From Wallemia ichthyophaga EXF-994 (lineage: Eukaryota > Fungi > Basidiomycota), in the NCBI RefSeq assembly GCF_000400465.1, contig NW_008806276.1:1-62000 (forward strand): DNA of 62,000 nucleotides, read 5' to 3'. The notes below the pieces were generated by a model, which did not search any database, had not been told where the DNA came from, and saw only the letters and a program-made list of their open reading frames with translations. Positions within the stretch are counted from its first letter, which is position 1, and the number at the start of each line of letters is the position of its first letter. A program made the position numbers and the translations under genes. This document shows, one piece after another, positions 22,081 through 34,994 of the stretch.

Positions 22081-24659
22081 ATGGCGATTACAGTGACGCC
22101 TCTTGCAGGCTCTGGGAGGGCGACGAGCGGGGAAATGAAAACCAGCGAGCCGCTTTGCTACCTGATGGAGATGGATGGCGCGCGGATATTGCTTGACTGT
22201 GGGAGCAGAGATTGGGAGGCTAATGCGAACCCGGAATTTGGATACGAGCGGGCGTTGAAGGAGTGAGTGGGGATTGCACGCATTCTAAAGGCTAACAGAC
22301 CGCCCCCAGTATCGCCCCGACTGTCGACCTGGTGCTGATATCGCACGCCTCCACCAAACACAGCGGTCTGTACGCCTACGCATACACGCACTACGGGCTC
22401 ACCTGCCCAGCGTACTGCTCTCTGCCCGTCAAGGAGCTCGCCCGGCTGACGACGCTCGAGGATATCATCGGTTGGCGCAGCGAGAGGGAAATTACCGGGG
22501 AGAAGGCAAGCGAGTCTCCAGACGCAACAGACCAATCGCATTCGCCCCTCTTCGTTCCTACCAGAGAAGAAAACCGCTCAGCGTGGTCGGCAGTCAAGGA
22601 TGTGCGCTATCATCAACCACAGCATCTTTACGGCAAGCTACGCGGTGTGACGATAACGGCGTACTCCTCCGGCCACACGTTGGGAGGCACGCTCTGGAAG
22701 ATCCGCGCGCCCTCCGTCGGCACCATACTCTATGCAGTCGGGCTCAACCACATGAAAGAGCGCCATCTTGACGGCACAGCGCTGATACGCGGTGACCAGG
22801 GGGGTCTGAGCGTGCACGAGCAGCTAGTGCGGCCTGGACTCGTCATTACCGACAGCGAGCGCGGTGACTGCGTCAATGCCAAACGCAAGGACAGGGATGC
22901 AGCGCTGCTCGACTTGATCAACCGCACTCTCCAGAACAGCAACTCCGTCCTACTTCCATGTGACCCCACCACGCGTATCCTTGAGCTACTCGTCCTCCTC
23001 GACCAGCACTGGTCGTATATCCGCGACAAGCAGCCATCCTTCCGCGTCCCACTCTGTCTCATCAGCAACACGGGCAACGACATGCTCAAGTTCGTCCGCG
23101 GTCTGATGGAGTTCTTCGGCGGGGCTACTGCTGCTGGCGACAACACCCTGCGGCAGGGCAGGGGAGTATTAGAATTCAAAACACTCAATATATTCACCTC
23201 AGTTGACGCTCTCGAGGCGACCCACCCGAACACCCCGAAAGTCGTCCTTGCGGTGCCGCTTTCCATGTCTTATGGCAGTTCGCGTAGGCTGTTCAGCTCT
23301 TTTGCAAGCACGCCGGGCAACGCGGTAGTACTGACCAGTCGCGGGATGGCAGGGTCGCTTGCGCGCGACATATTCGACCGCTGGAATAGCCGCCAGGGCG
23401 ATTCGCAGTGGGGCAGCGGGAGGCTGGGCGCGATGGTACATGGTGATTGGCGGGTTAACATTACACAGCACTCGAAAATTCCTCTGCTGGGCCAGGAGCT
23501 GGAGGCGCACCAGGCGAACGAGCGTCTCGCGCGCGAGCAAGAGGCAGCCAAACAGGCTGCAGATTCGCGACGCCGCAGGATGATGGAAGCGGATGCCCAG
23601 GAGGCGGACGAGGAGGAGGAGGAGGACGATGAGGACGACGATAAGGACTCAGACAAGGAGGATCAGAAGGAGGAGGAGGTGCAGCAGGTCAGCTTCGATA
23701 TCTTCCTCAAGGGTCACTCGACCCGCGGTGCAACCTCCTTCTTCAAGACCGCGCAGGGTTCCGCACCGCGCTTCAGGATGTTCCCTTTTAACGATACGAA
23801 AAGAAAAATGGATAGCTACGGTGAGGTGATTGATGCTGATAGTTGGGTGAGCCGGGGTAAGGAGATGGAGCGCCAGGCTATCGAAAGGGATCAGGAGCAC
23901 GAAGCTAAACGGAGGAAGATGGAGGAGGAGGCAGACGCGACTCCCATAGAGCCACCCTCAAAATACATAAGCGAGCAAGTGGAAGTAGATGTGCGATGTC
24001 AGATCATGTACGTCGATCTTGAAGGTCTTAACGACAGCAGGGCGATCAAGAATATAATGCCCCGTCTCAACCCGCGCAAGATGATTCTCGTAGGGGGTTC
24101 TCACTCTTCATCCCACTCGCTTATCGGTGCATTCGATGCCATATCGGCCATGACCAAGGATATATACGTGCCTGCTATGGGCGAAACGGTAACGATTGGC
24201 GAGCACACGCACAGTTACACGTTCACTCTCGGGGACAGCCTCGTTAATAGCGTGCATATGGCTCCATTCGAAGATTTTGTCGTAGGTCACGCCATCGGCA
24301 CGATGAAATACCATGAAGAGGCCCTCGTGCCGACTTTCGAAGAAGCAGATGCGCGTGCTGCACAGGACAACTCACGCGCATTGCCCACATCTCTCTTTAT
24401 CGGCGACATGAAATTGACAGCTCTCAAAGCCAAGCTGGTGGGGCTGGGAATGAGTGCTGAGTTTGGTGGAGAGGGTGTGCTGATATGCTGGAATGACAAG
24501 GATGGTGCTGAGGATAATGCAGACGGTGCAGTGGCCGTGTCGAAGAATACCAACGGTGAACTCAACATTACGTCTAGTTTGATAGGTGATGGTGACATAT
24601 ACTACACGGTACGCGAGGCTGTGTACGGGATGCATGCTGTGATACCGACGCCAGCATAA
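22081..24659 (+). CDS. CFT2: Cleavage and polyadenylation specificity factor subunit 2 (CPSF100), intron 22263-22309
   Basis: Metallo-beta-lactamase start (PLCYLMEMDGARILLDCG, DLVLISH, SGHTLGGTLWKI, NHMKERHLDG), a beta-CASP domain and the C-terminal LRAKL-like/EFGGEGVLIC region. Confidence 0.96.
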
Positions 24660-24745
24660 CACGAGAAGAAAAAGAAAAAGAGTATTGTAGATTATTTAAG
24701 GGTATTTCAAAAGTGTATTTCAAATACCACCACATCACACTCCAT

Positions 24746-25658
24746 ATGGAAGGAAAACTGCAACAATACCCTAATCCAAACAAGTCGCCAAATCTAGGAC
24801 CGCTTCCTATGTTCTTGAGCGGCGACAAGGCGTCTGCACAAGTGGTGGTGTTTGTAGCGGGGCTGACGAACACGCTACTGAGTGTGCCATACGTCGCGCC
24901 ACTGAGCGAAGCACTGGAGAGAGAAGGCTGGGGGCTGTGCCAGCTGTTAACCAGCTCTTCAGGCTACGGCTTTGCGCATGGTTCACTAGACCGGGATGTG
25001 CGAGAGATATCGAGTGCGCTGGGCGAGCTGCGCAAGCTTGGGTGGGTGTGGATTGTATTAAGAGGGGTGCATAGCAGCTCACGCTCGCCACAGCAAGCAA
25101 AAGATAGTGCTTATGGGCCACAGCACAGGCTCACAGGATGTGGTGCACTACCTTACCGCCGACGGACAGCGTGAGCGTGTAGACGGCTGTATTGCTCAGG
25201 CTCCCGTCAGCGATAGAGAGGGGATTGACGATGGTATAAGGTCGCATATCCCCCTCGCTCTGCAGATGATGAAAGAGGGGAGGGCTGATGAGGCTATGCC
25301 GCGCGATAGCTGCAGCTGGTTCGCTACACCTATCACAGCTTATCGCTTCCACTCCCTCTTTGCAGAAGGTGGCCAAGATGATTACTTCACTAGCACTCTC
25401 CCGGATGATGCGTTTGAGCGCGTGTTCAGTAGACTGAAAGCACCATTGGCTCTCATTTTCAGCGGCGCTGATCAGTTTGTGCCCGCTAGCGTGGATAAGG
25501 AAGCGCTCGCGAGGCGTATGCAGAGTTGTGGCGGCGAGAAAATCAGAGTAAGCACAGTCGTACCAGATGCCAAGCATGACTATCAGGGGGGCATGGATGG
25601 CAGCAGGCCGACACTAAAACTAATTGAGGTGGTTTTGGAGTTTTTAAAGGGCTGTTAA
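24746..25658 (+). CDS. DUF1749-family alpha/beta hydrolase, one intron (~25043-25093)
   Basis: VVFVAGLTNTLLSVPY, IVLMGHSTGSQD nucleophile elbow, QAPVSDRE, DDYFTS and SGADQFVP. Confidence 0.85.
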
Positions 25659-25694
25659 CATATAGAATGCATGTTAGTTTTCTACAAAACACTT

Positions 25695-26519
25695 CTACTC
25701 TTGTTTTACACCACCCTGATTACCCCTCCCACTCCACCACACAGCCCACGCAGCTTGGATGGCAGCTAACGGCGGACAAAGCCACTGGAGAAGATACCAA
25801 TAGCGCGTCCTGGCGCACCACTCACTCACCACGCCATCCACCTCTCTATACGTCTCCTCCCTGCTGCTATCGTTGTGCACCACCTGATCAGCCATATCGA
25901 CCTTGACGTCGATGGGGAGCTGTGCGGCTATCTTCTTCTGTGCATCGTGCTCGCTGATGCCATCTCTCTGCATGAGTCTGTGCAGCTGAACATCTTGAGA
26001 AGAATAAACCAGTGTCCTCACCCCCACGTAACGATGCAGATTGGCTTCAAAGAGGAGGGGCACATCGAGCACGACGACACGCGACAGACTCGCATAAGCC
26101 TTGAGCACCTGATGAGCTGAGCGGTAAGCAGTGCACTCGTTTCACAGCGCTCACCCACCTCCCACGCTGTCCGCTTGAGTATTTCCGGGTGGAGAACACT
26201 CTCTATCCACTTCTTCTCGGCCTTGTCGTCGAAAAGGATACGCGCGAGTGCTGGGCGGTTAAGAGTGTGTTGATTGGATGGCTCATCCCATTTCAACACT
26301 CTGTCGCCGTAGCGGTCGGCTATGCTGCGCAGAGCTGGGGTGTTTGGCTCAACGACCTGCCTGGCAACGCTATCTAAATCAATCACTCGCAGCTTGTGCT
26401 CCTCTCTTAGTCGCTGCGTCACTGTCGATTTACCCGTGCTGTGTGGACTGTTGAGTCGTTGTTATAAACTGCGCACTCCAGACACACGCTATTCCGCCAG
26501 TTAATCCAACGACTAGCAT
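25695..26519 (-). CDS. CAB5: Dephospho-CoA kinase, 2 introns
   Basis: Spliced N-terminus MLVVGLTGGIA|TGKSTV (P-loop), VIDLDSVARQVV, VVLDVPLLFE and RLMQRDG. Confidence 0.92.
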
Positions 26520-26795
26520 CAACATAGTCAGCTGTGTCTGATGCTATGATGCTATCCCATTCACCCACCCAGCATCCTGATTGTACAAAGTCAAGAAATC
26601 TCAAACCAACGAGTCACACGATTCAAACTACATCTAATTCTCGTTTGTACTTTATCAATCGGTCAATGTGTAAAAAGAAAGCTCGGTGAAAAATTAGGGG
26701 AAAAAGTGGAAAGTGAAAAAGTCAAAGTGAAGAAATCCATTTGGTATATCTTGTATTACTCTAGCAACTATCCAAGTTGCTGTTTTTATTGGTGT

Positions 26796-27928
26796 TTACT
26801 GTGCCATCTGTGCATTTATCAATGACGATTTCCTCTTATCCACGTCCTCCTGCACTCCGTACAAAGACAATCTCTTATTAAATTGAGACAGCGAATCAGC
26901 AAAATCGTCAGCATGGCTCGTCAGCCCGAGCACCTCCTTAGGACACACCCCTTCCATGCCCTTAGCCAAGTGGTGGATGGAGCACCAACCATCATCCCAC
27001 TCCCTGACAATATGCACCTTATCGCCTGGTATGAGCATAATCTCATCTGGCAGACTAGGAACGAACTGCGTAGTAGCGGTAGCTTCTCGTCCTTGCGTGA
27101 TTGAAATCTGTGAGTTAGTTAGTTGGTTGGTGATGCTTTTCGAACAACTCTGCCACCCACCGGCATTGGTATGTAGGCAGATGAACGCTCTACCGTATTG
27201 TCTAAAGGCGTTGGCGAAGTTATCTCCTCTGGTATGACGGGTCCACCGCCGAAACTTGCATTTGATTGTCCAACAAGGCCGCGATCGCCAGTGAATTGCA
27301 TCCTAGAACCCCTCTGCAGAGTCTTCTCCTGCCTCTTGCGCTTCTTGAAGATTACCAGGCTGATTAACACGAGGATGGCTATGAATGCGGCTATTCCAAC
27401 GCATATACCCGCTATGCTGCCGCCAGAGAGGCTATCAGAGGAGTCTTCGATGTTAGCTGTGTTGTCGGGGGTGGAAAGTGATGTGTTTTCTGGTGAAATC
27501 GTTTCTGAGGGGGTTGTATTTGATGGGGATGTGTTCGATGATGATTTGTTTGATGGTGATACGCTCGGTGAAGTTTCTGGAGAATTTTGATTGCTTTCTG
27601 TGGTATTATCCTCTTGTTCGGTTGAATTTGCGTTTGCGACTGGATTTTGCGTATCTTGAGTATCTTGAGTATCTTGAGTATCTTGTGTGTTTGGTGTATC
27701 TTGTGTATCTGGCGTATCTTGTATGTTCAGTGTATCTGGTGTATCTGGTGTACCTTGTACATCTTGGGCACCCTGCGCACCTTGCGTTACTTGGGCAACA
27801 GGAGGAGGACTGTCTGCAGTAGGTGAAGCAGTGGGAAGAATATTCGCAGGAATTCCACGCCTAATCATCCTCGACGCCTTCCTCTCCCGCCCGTGGTTAT
27901 GGTAATGATTGTGAATTGAACTCTGCAT
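26796..27928 (-). CDS. Single-pass membrane protein with Ser/Thr-rich ectodomain and cytoplasmic SH3 domain
   Basis: QDT/PDT repeats and an S/T-rich region, TM helix IAGICVGIAAFIAILVLISLVIF followed by KKRKR, then a GTGGGT...CAG intron and an SH3 domain (FVPSLPDEIMLIPGDKVHIVREWDDGWC...GVCP). Confidence 0.85.
27650..27770 (-). repeat. 9-bp coding minisatellite (GTATCTTGA-like on +) encoding QDT/PDT
   Basis: About 10 degenerate tandem copies are visible in the sequence. Confidence 0.85.
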
Positions 27929-28115
27929 AAACGAGCGTATATTGTAATGTAACTATTTAATTGAATATCGTCCCGCGTTATTCAATCCTTTTTCTTTTTT
28001 TTTTCGTTTTCCCCGTTGGTTGCTCTCCTCAAACCACCTCGCCGCGTGCGAGCCTCAGTTTCACTTTAACGTCAGTGCATTCCTCGCTGAAAAGTATTTT
28101 ATTTATTTAATCTGT

Positions 28116-31100
28116 TTACATATTTACTGCTACGTATTTATTGCGTGCTGCTTTCTTCCCTTTTCGTTGTATTGGTTGTGTTGGTTGTGGTGCATTTGGT
28201 GTAGGTGGTGTTCCAGCAGGTGTTCCAGCGGGTGTTCCAGTAATTGCCGTACTTAGTGGTCGTGGTGGTGGCGGCGGCATTACACCCGCTCCACTCCCAC
28301 TCCCACTCTCTCCCTTAAGATCCATACTCACGCTGTTTTTCAGCGCACTCGCTCCCCGCGTCCCAGCCAATCCCGGCGACACAGTGCTAGAGCGTGGAGG
28401 TGGCGGTGGCATCCTAGGCGACGCAGCAGTCCCACCTTCACTCCCACTCTCATTCGCCTTATTCACCCAGCGCTTCTGATCAGGATCGTAGTAAAACGAA
28501 GACTGCTCACCCAGCTTTGCCTTTACTGGCCCTCCTCCTTGGTTTGTATTCTGCTCATCCTTCTTCCACCACCTGCTCAGCCAACTCGATGAAACTGATT
28601 GTTTGAGTTCTGTTGGGTTCGTTAGTATGGTGTGCTGGTCAATAACTCTCTTTACACACCTGGTCGCTTCTCCTGCCTTCCCTTGCTCTCTTTATTTTCT
28701 CCCTCTTTCTCCATCTTCTCATCCATCCGAGGCGTGCTGGCGGGAGTCGTCGAGCGCGAAAACCACCCCGACTTCTCTTGTTTACCGGGTGCAGGTGCAG
28801 GTGGTGGTGGCGGTGGAGGTTGATATGTTGCCGCAGTTTTCTCTTCTTCTCCATGATGCCCCTCATTATCCTTCTCTCTCATCTCTTTCGCTTTCTTGGT
28901 CGAACTGTTGCCGAAACCGAGGTCATCTTCCAATTCATCCGCCTCGTCTATTTCATCAATTACGCGAGGACTGATGTACGCATTTGCATTTGAATTCTCT
29001 GTCGTCGTTGTCGGGATTGGAACATCCATCGAATCCATAAGCGAGACGAAATTTCCTCCCTCACTTTCATCCAGTTCTTCAGGCGCATTAAAGTCTTCAC
29101 TCGCACTTGTCGAATGACCGAATGGCGATGTTATAGCTGGTTGAGCAGGTGGTGGTGGGGGTTGAGAGTGTGATGAAGGGGGCTGGGGGTGAGGCTTTAG
29201 CTGCGACTGTGATTGTGATTGTGACTGTTGCTGCGCTGGTGAAACATTCCGCACTGGTTGAGCAAGTGGTGGTGGTGGTGGTGGTTGCATTTGCGCAGGA
29301 GGCGGAGGTGGGGGTGGTTGCATCTGTTGAGTGGCAGGATGTGGTTGCATTGACGTTTGCAGCGGCATTTGCACATTCTGCAAATCTTTACCAAGCATCT
29401 CTCCATCTTGTGCCACCCCAACCCCATTAAATTCATCGCTAAAGGGCGGCGTTACAGCTGCACGAGTAAAGCCCTCTCTATCTTCACCCTCCATTGGTGA
29501 AGGAAGGTCGCGCAGGAGGTTGTGCATGTTACCTAGCCCGTTGGCGATGGTATTGGCATTGGCAGTGGCCACACCACCTAATCCACCCATTGCACTCGCA
29601 GCTCGAGGTTGTCCAAGCGCACTGCGTGCACCGGCTGCACCGCTAGCAATGCCAGGAGTGAGGTATGACGGGCTGTGTGAGGCGCGTCTATCGAGCAAGC
29701 TCATACCCTCACTCATACCCGCACCCGCGTTTTCACCAGCAGCATTACTATAATTGGGTAAATCAAAAGCCGAGACTGCGCGACTGAGTCGACCGTTCGT
29801 CGAAGACTCGTCTATGCTGGTAAACGTAGCGAAGGGGTCATCCTGGGTAGTTTTCTGTGCGTGCGTTGTTATAGCATTCTCGCCCTCTTCGTCATTCCCA
29901 GCTATAAATTTGGTCAGCTTCCCCTCCATGCTATTCCACAATGTGTCTAGAGAAGGACGAGCTATTTTCTTTGTTAGCCACGATTTGTCCGCTGTGTGCA
30001 GATGCGCTGCTAGTCTGTCGCTCAGTTCCTTTAGCTGGATATAAATGTTGGGGTGGTATTGGAGTTGCTTGGACATTTTGATAGATGTTGCTATTGCTTC
30101 ACAGTACCTGCGATTAGTAGTAGTCAGCTGGTGCATCTCGCCTTTAGCTACATCATGTATCACCTACCTATTCGCATCATGAAGTCGACCAGCTTCGGCG
30201 AGATGCCAAGCATGTACGAGTTTGTAAATCTGCAAGTGTGGCATACCGCTGTACTCGCCGCGCTTCACATGCGCCTTCATATGCGGATTGAGGCTGAGAG
30301 CGTACTCGAGAATCTCGCTCATTTCGCACGACTCGTCTGAGTAAGCGTTATGTGCGCACCCCACCAAATTGAGACGCACTTTGTCCACACTCTGCGCAAG
30401 TATGTAGACCGTGTGCGCGCCATCCACTTCACCCACCTCCGCAAGCCTGTCACCTAGCTCGGACAGCGCGTGTTGTGCATCGCTATTGTCTAGATTGGAG
30501 ACGAGCGTCGCGGCCGTCGCGCTCCAGTTGCGCGTGTCACTCGGTGTGTTTGTGCTCCTGAGCGTACCTGCAAAGAGACCGTATGCAACGCGCAAGCTGT
30601 CCCAGTTTTTGGTGTTGTGGGTGCTGCCTGTGTTATCGTTGCCACTGCCACTGCTGCTTGGCAACTCATACGCTATCAACGCACTCACAACCTCCGACCA
30701 CAGCTGTCTGTCGACGCATGAAGAAATGAGCAGAGCATGCGACCATAGCTTGTGCTCGAGTGCATACATGACCGCTTCGCGCTTGGCCCCCTTCACGAGG
30801 AATTGTTGGATTGCACCGAGATGGCCCGTCGTCGTGCAGTACGTCGCTACAATGTCCGCACTGTCTTCAACAGCATAGGGGGTCTGCGATGACGGGAAAG
30901 GCTTCATGTGTGGGGACGTCTCGTCGGCAGGCACAGTGATTTGGAGACCAGATGGAGCGCGTTTGTGGGAGTGCGCGTTAATGTCGTCCGAGATGAGTGC
31001 ATCACGTATTTCTTCACTTTGGCGGGAGCTCAAAATACCATCATGGATGAGCATTACCCTAAGCACCTTCAGCAGAGCCATTTTCGGATACGTTGCTCCA

Positions 31101-32308
31101 GTGCTTATCTTGTTATCGAGGTATCGCAGAACTTGGGACTTGGTGGTATGGGAATTGCCCAAGAGTGGGCCTGGGAATGGTGGTGAGAGGTCTGGGGGTA
31201 GTACGCTGGCCAATTCGGCAATGTTGACAGTAGACGGAGTTGGCTGAGACATGCCCAATGTTGAGGGAGTGAAGGGTGATGCTATGGGAGTTGAGGGGTT
31301 GTGGATAACCAGTTTGCCACCAAAACCGAAAGAGACTATTGGGGCGTTTGAGAAGGTGTCTTGGGTGGGGTGGGGTGTTTGACAGTTAGATCGTGGCTCA
31401 TACTGTTGTTGATTGGTCGCAAGACTTGGATCATACTGCTGTTGAACAGGTACGGCTGCTGGTGAAAGAGCAGGAGCAGGAGTAGTGTAAGCAGAGTGTT
31501 GTTCAGAATACAAATCAGACTGTTGCTCAGAGCCCCGCTCGGCAATCTGCCCAGAAAATTGCTCATAAAGTTGCTCGGGCTGTTGAGTGATTGCTGGTGG
31601 GGAGTAGATGGACTGAGGGTGCACAGGTGGGGCAGTTGGAGCTGCTGGTGGTGGTGGAGAGTATCCTGATTGTTTTGGCGGTGGCTGCGTAGGCGTGGAA
31701 TAGAGTGATTGTACTGGGGGTTGTTGAGTGGCTTGCTGAGTGGCATGTTGAGTGGTTTGAGTGGCTTGTTGAGCAGGTGGAACGTATACTGATTGCTCTG
31801 AGTATAATGGCTGCTCTGAGTACGCTGGTTGCTCTGGATAAGCTGGTTGCTGTTGAGCCGTAAGATAATGCTCCTGCGTTGGCTGTTGATAGAGATAAGA
31901 TGGCGTATACTGTGGTTGCTGTTGCTGCTGTTGCTGCTGATACTCCTCCTGCTGCCATGGATCATCTACACCAACGAGCTGCTCAAAAGGCTCCTGAGTT
32001 TGTTCAAGGTCATTATCCCCATTATTCCCTTGAAAATAAGCAGAATCGGCTAGAAATTGGTCATGGTGGGTAGAATTAAAGGGTATGTCATCGTGAAGAG
32101 GTGCATCTCCACGCATCTCTGGTTCATCTTTATGCATCTCTAATCCGTCTTCGCGTATCTCTTTATCAAAATGAAAATCGAAATCATCTGGATACCAGTA
32201 AACCCAATTGCCTGCGTCATCAAAGTAGCCGTAGCCGTAGTCCTTTAGATAAAGTACACCATCTGGAATAAAGAAATTAGCAGATTTAGGAGAAGCGGGG
32301 ATGTTCAT
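28116..32308 (-). CDS. SEC16: COPII coat assembly protein Sec16, multi-exon
   Basis: [41 protein letters not shown] and the conserved central domain. The C-terminus reads WLSRWW...[22 protein letters not shown]. Confidence 0.92.
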
Positions 32309-32350
32309 CGATGATGGTGGTTTGGGATCAACCCTTAAGACGCTACTTCC

Positions 32351-34865
32351 ATGTCAACAGCCAATACCAAAGACAAGGATTTATTTTATAAAATTGATTT
32401 GAGTGAAACCAAGCAGCAGCTAAATGATTTTAATAAAAGGGACAAGAATTTCAACAATTTAAAGTTAGTTTTAAAGAGAATACTGGCGAATGTTACTATG
32501 GGCTATGATTTGTCTGGTATTTACAAGGATGTTGTGCAGCATTTGAGCGTTAAGGATATTCAAATCAAGAAGCTTATTTACTCGTACCTAGCCACCTACG
32601 CTAAACATCGCCCTGATCTCATCCACCATCCCGTTTCTCTCCTTCTCAACGATTGCGCTGATAGGAATCCTTTACTGCGCTCCCTTGCCCTACGCACCAT
32701 GTCCTATATACAACTCCCATACGTTGCTCACTCTCTCATGGACCCTCTCAGGCATTGCCTCTCCGACGCTGATCCTTACGTGCGTAAAACCGCCGCAATT
32801 AGCCTCTGTAAGCTCTACTCTTACGACCCTGCTCTTGTAGAGAAGCACAGCTTGATTAGATTCCTCCGTGACCTCCTCGCTGACTCAAACGCTGCCGTCG
32901 TCGCAAACGCTGTCGCTGCCTTATGCGAAATTGCAAACAAATCCTCCAACATACAGCTTAAATTGAATATTACCATTGCCAATAAGCTCGTGAACGCTCT
33001 CGACGAGTGCTCCGAGTGGGCCCAGGTCTATATTCTCGAATCCCTCCTCCATTTCACCCCTCAATCTTCCCATGACGCTACTCTCCTCATTGAACGCATA
33101 GCCACCAATCTTCAGCACTCTAACAGCGCTGTCGTTCTTTCCTCTACCAAGATCATCATCTATCTCTTCAACTATATCCAAAACCAAGACACCATTTCTC
33201 ACTACTCCCGCAAACTCAGCCCTCCTCTCATAACTCTCCTCTCTTCACCTCCTGAAGTTCAATATGTTGCCCTTCGCAACATCCTTCTCATCATCCAGCG
33301 CCGTCCTTTGGTGTTGCACGCTGACGTCAAAATTTTCTTCGTCAAATACTCCGACCCTATCTACGTCAAGCTGGCCAAACTCGAGATTATCTACCGTCTC
33401 ACGCGTGTCGAGAATTACCGCGAGATTCTCGCTGAGTTGAGTGAGTATGCGACGGAAGTTGATGTAGATTTCGTACGCAAAGCGATAAAGTTAATGGGAC
33501 GACTAGCGATAAAAATTGAGGAAGCGAGTGATGAATGTGTTCGAGTGCTTTTATCTCTCCTCAACGATGGTATTGGGTATGTAGTGCAAGAGGTGATAGT
33601 AGTGATGCGAGACATTCTGCGCAAGTATCCGACACGCTACATCCGCGACTTGCCCGTTTTAACAGCGCAAATTGATCACCTCAATGACGTTGAGTCTCGC
33701 TCAGCGATGATCTGGATGATAGGGGAATATGCTGATATGATACCGCTCTCTCACGAGCTGCTCGACGACTATCTCTTTGCATTCCGCGAAGAGCATGTCG
33801 ATGTACAGCTGTCTCTCCTCACAGCAACAGTTAAGCTCTTTATCAAGACTCCCCATCAGGGTCAGGAACTAGTCCCGCGCGTGCTCGCTTGGGGGACTGA
33901 AGAGATGGATAATCCTGATATACGTGATCGCGCTTTTCTCTACTGGCGCCTCCTCTCTAGTGACCCTAACGCCGCGCGCGATGTGGTGCTAGCTACTAAA
34001 CCTACCATTAGCACCGATGCTGATCGCATGGATCGCTCTCTCCTTGACTCGCTCCTTTTGCATGGTGAGTAGGAACATGAAACCTCACCCACCTCACTTA
34101 GCTCACACATCCCTCTCAGTCGGTGAACTTAGCTCCGTGTATCACAAACAGCCTACGGCATTCATACGCGGCGCTAAAGTTAGATACCTCCCAGACTCAC
34201 CGTGTCTGGATACGCACGCACGCAGAGCGGCCCAGACGGCCAGTGCGCGTCATGAAGCTCCGACGCCGCTACCGAGTGTCCCGTCGCCCGATGTGGCTGT
34301 TGGCGGCGATGGGAGTGGTGGAGGTGAGGGTGCTGGAGAGAGTTTGAGTGTGAGTGTGAACGTGAATAACAGTGCTCACGCTCCAGCTCCCAGCCCCACC
34401 TCACCCACCAACCCCGGCTCAGCTAATGATCTCCACGCCCGTCCTATCTCTGTCGCTGGCGATCTCCTACCGCAGCATCTCACAGACGGTGGGATACATG
34501 CGGCGAATTCAAACAGACTTACGGCTGACTTTGGTCGTTTGAGTGTCGGTGGAGTAGGAGTGGGTGGAATGAGTCCCAGTGGCAGTCTAGGTGTGAATAT
34601 GAATGAAGAGCAACACGCAAACCACTCTCCGCACTCTCCTTCTTCACCTATTTACCCGGATGCTCACTCTCACTCTCTCCATTCCCCACATTCCAACTCC
34701 ACTCCCCCCTCAAACACACCGCACGGAGCTTACACCCAACTCAACCCTAACAGCGCAGAGACTAACGACCCTTCCAACCCTTATGCAGCACTGGGCGATG
34801 CGTTCGACGATACTCCCGTTCTTCACTCGAGAGGTGACCACAATGATTCGCTGTTAGACTTTTAG
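32351..34865 (+). CDS. APL1: Clathrin adaptor complex beta subunit (AP-2 beta/Apl1-like; AP-1 beta not excluded), intron 34065-34119
   Basis: LKRILANVTMG, KKLIYSYL, RNPLLRSLALRTM, DPYVRKTAA, YATEVDVDFVRKAI and NPDIRDRAFLYWRLLS. The tail is low-complexity with no appendage domain. Confidence 0.85.
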
Positions 34866-34994
34866 ATGGTTAGATGGTTAGACTCTTAGATTATGGACTT
34901 GGTTGATACATTTTTATACACCAATTAGATATCATGTTTTCACCTATTATATCATACATACACTATTATACATATACACCTGAAAGAACTCCCA

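Noticed and set aside
22158-25577. Numerous long antisense/overlapping ORFs across CFT2 and the DUF1749 gene (and similarly across PRP6, SEC16 and DPP1)
   Set aside because: Expected shadow ORFs of GC-rich coding sequence, with no motifs of their own.
30340-30395. GTGCGT...CAG segment in SEC16 as a possible in-frame intron
   Set aside because: Its translation (VRLNLVG...D) matches the conserved Sec16 segment, so it is probably exon.
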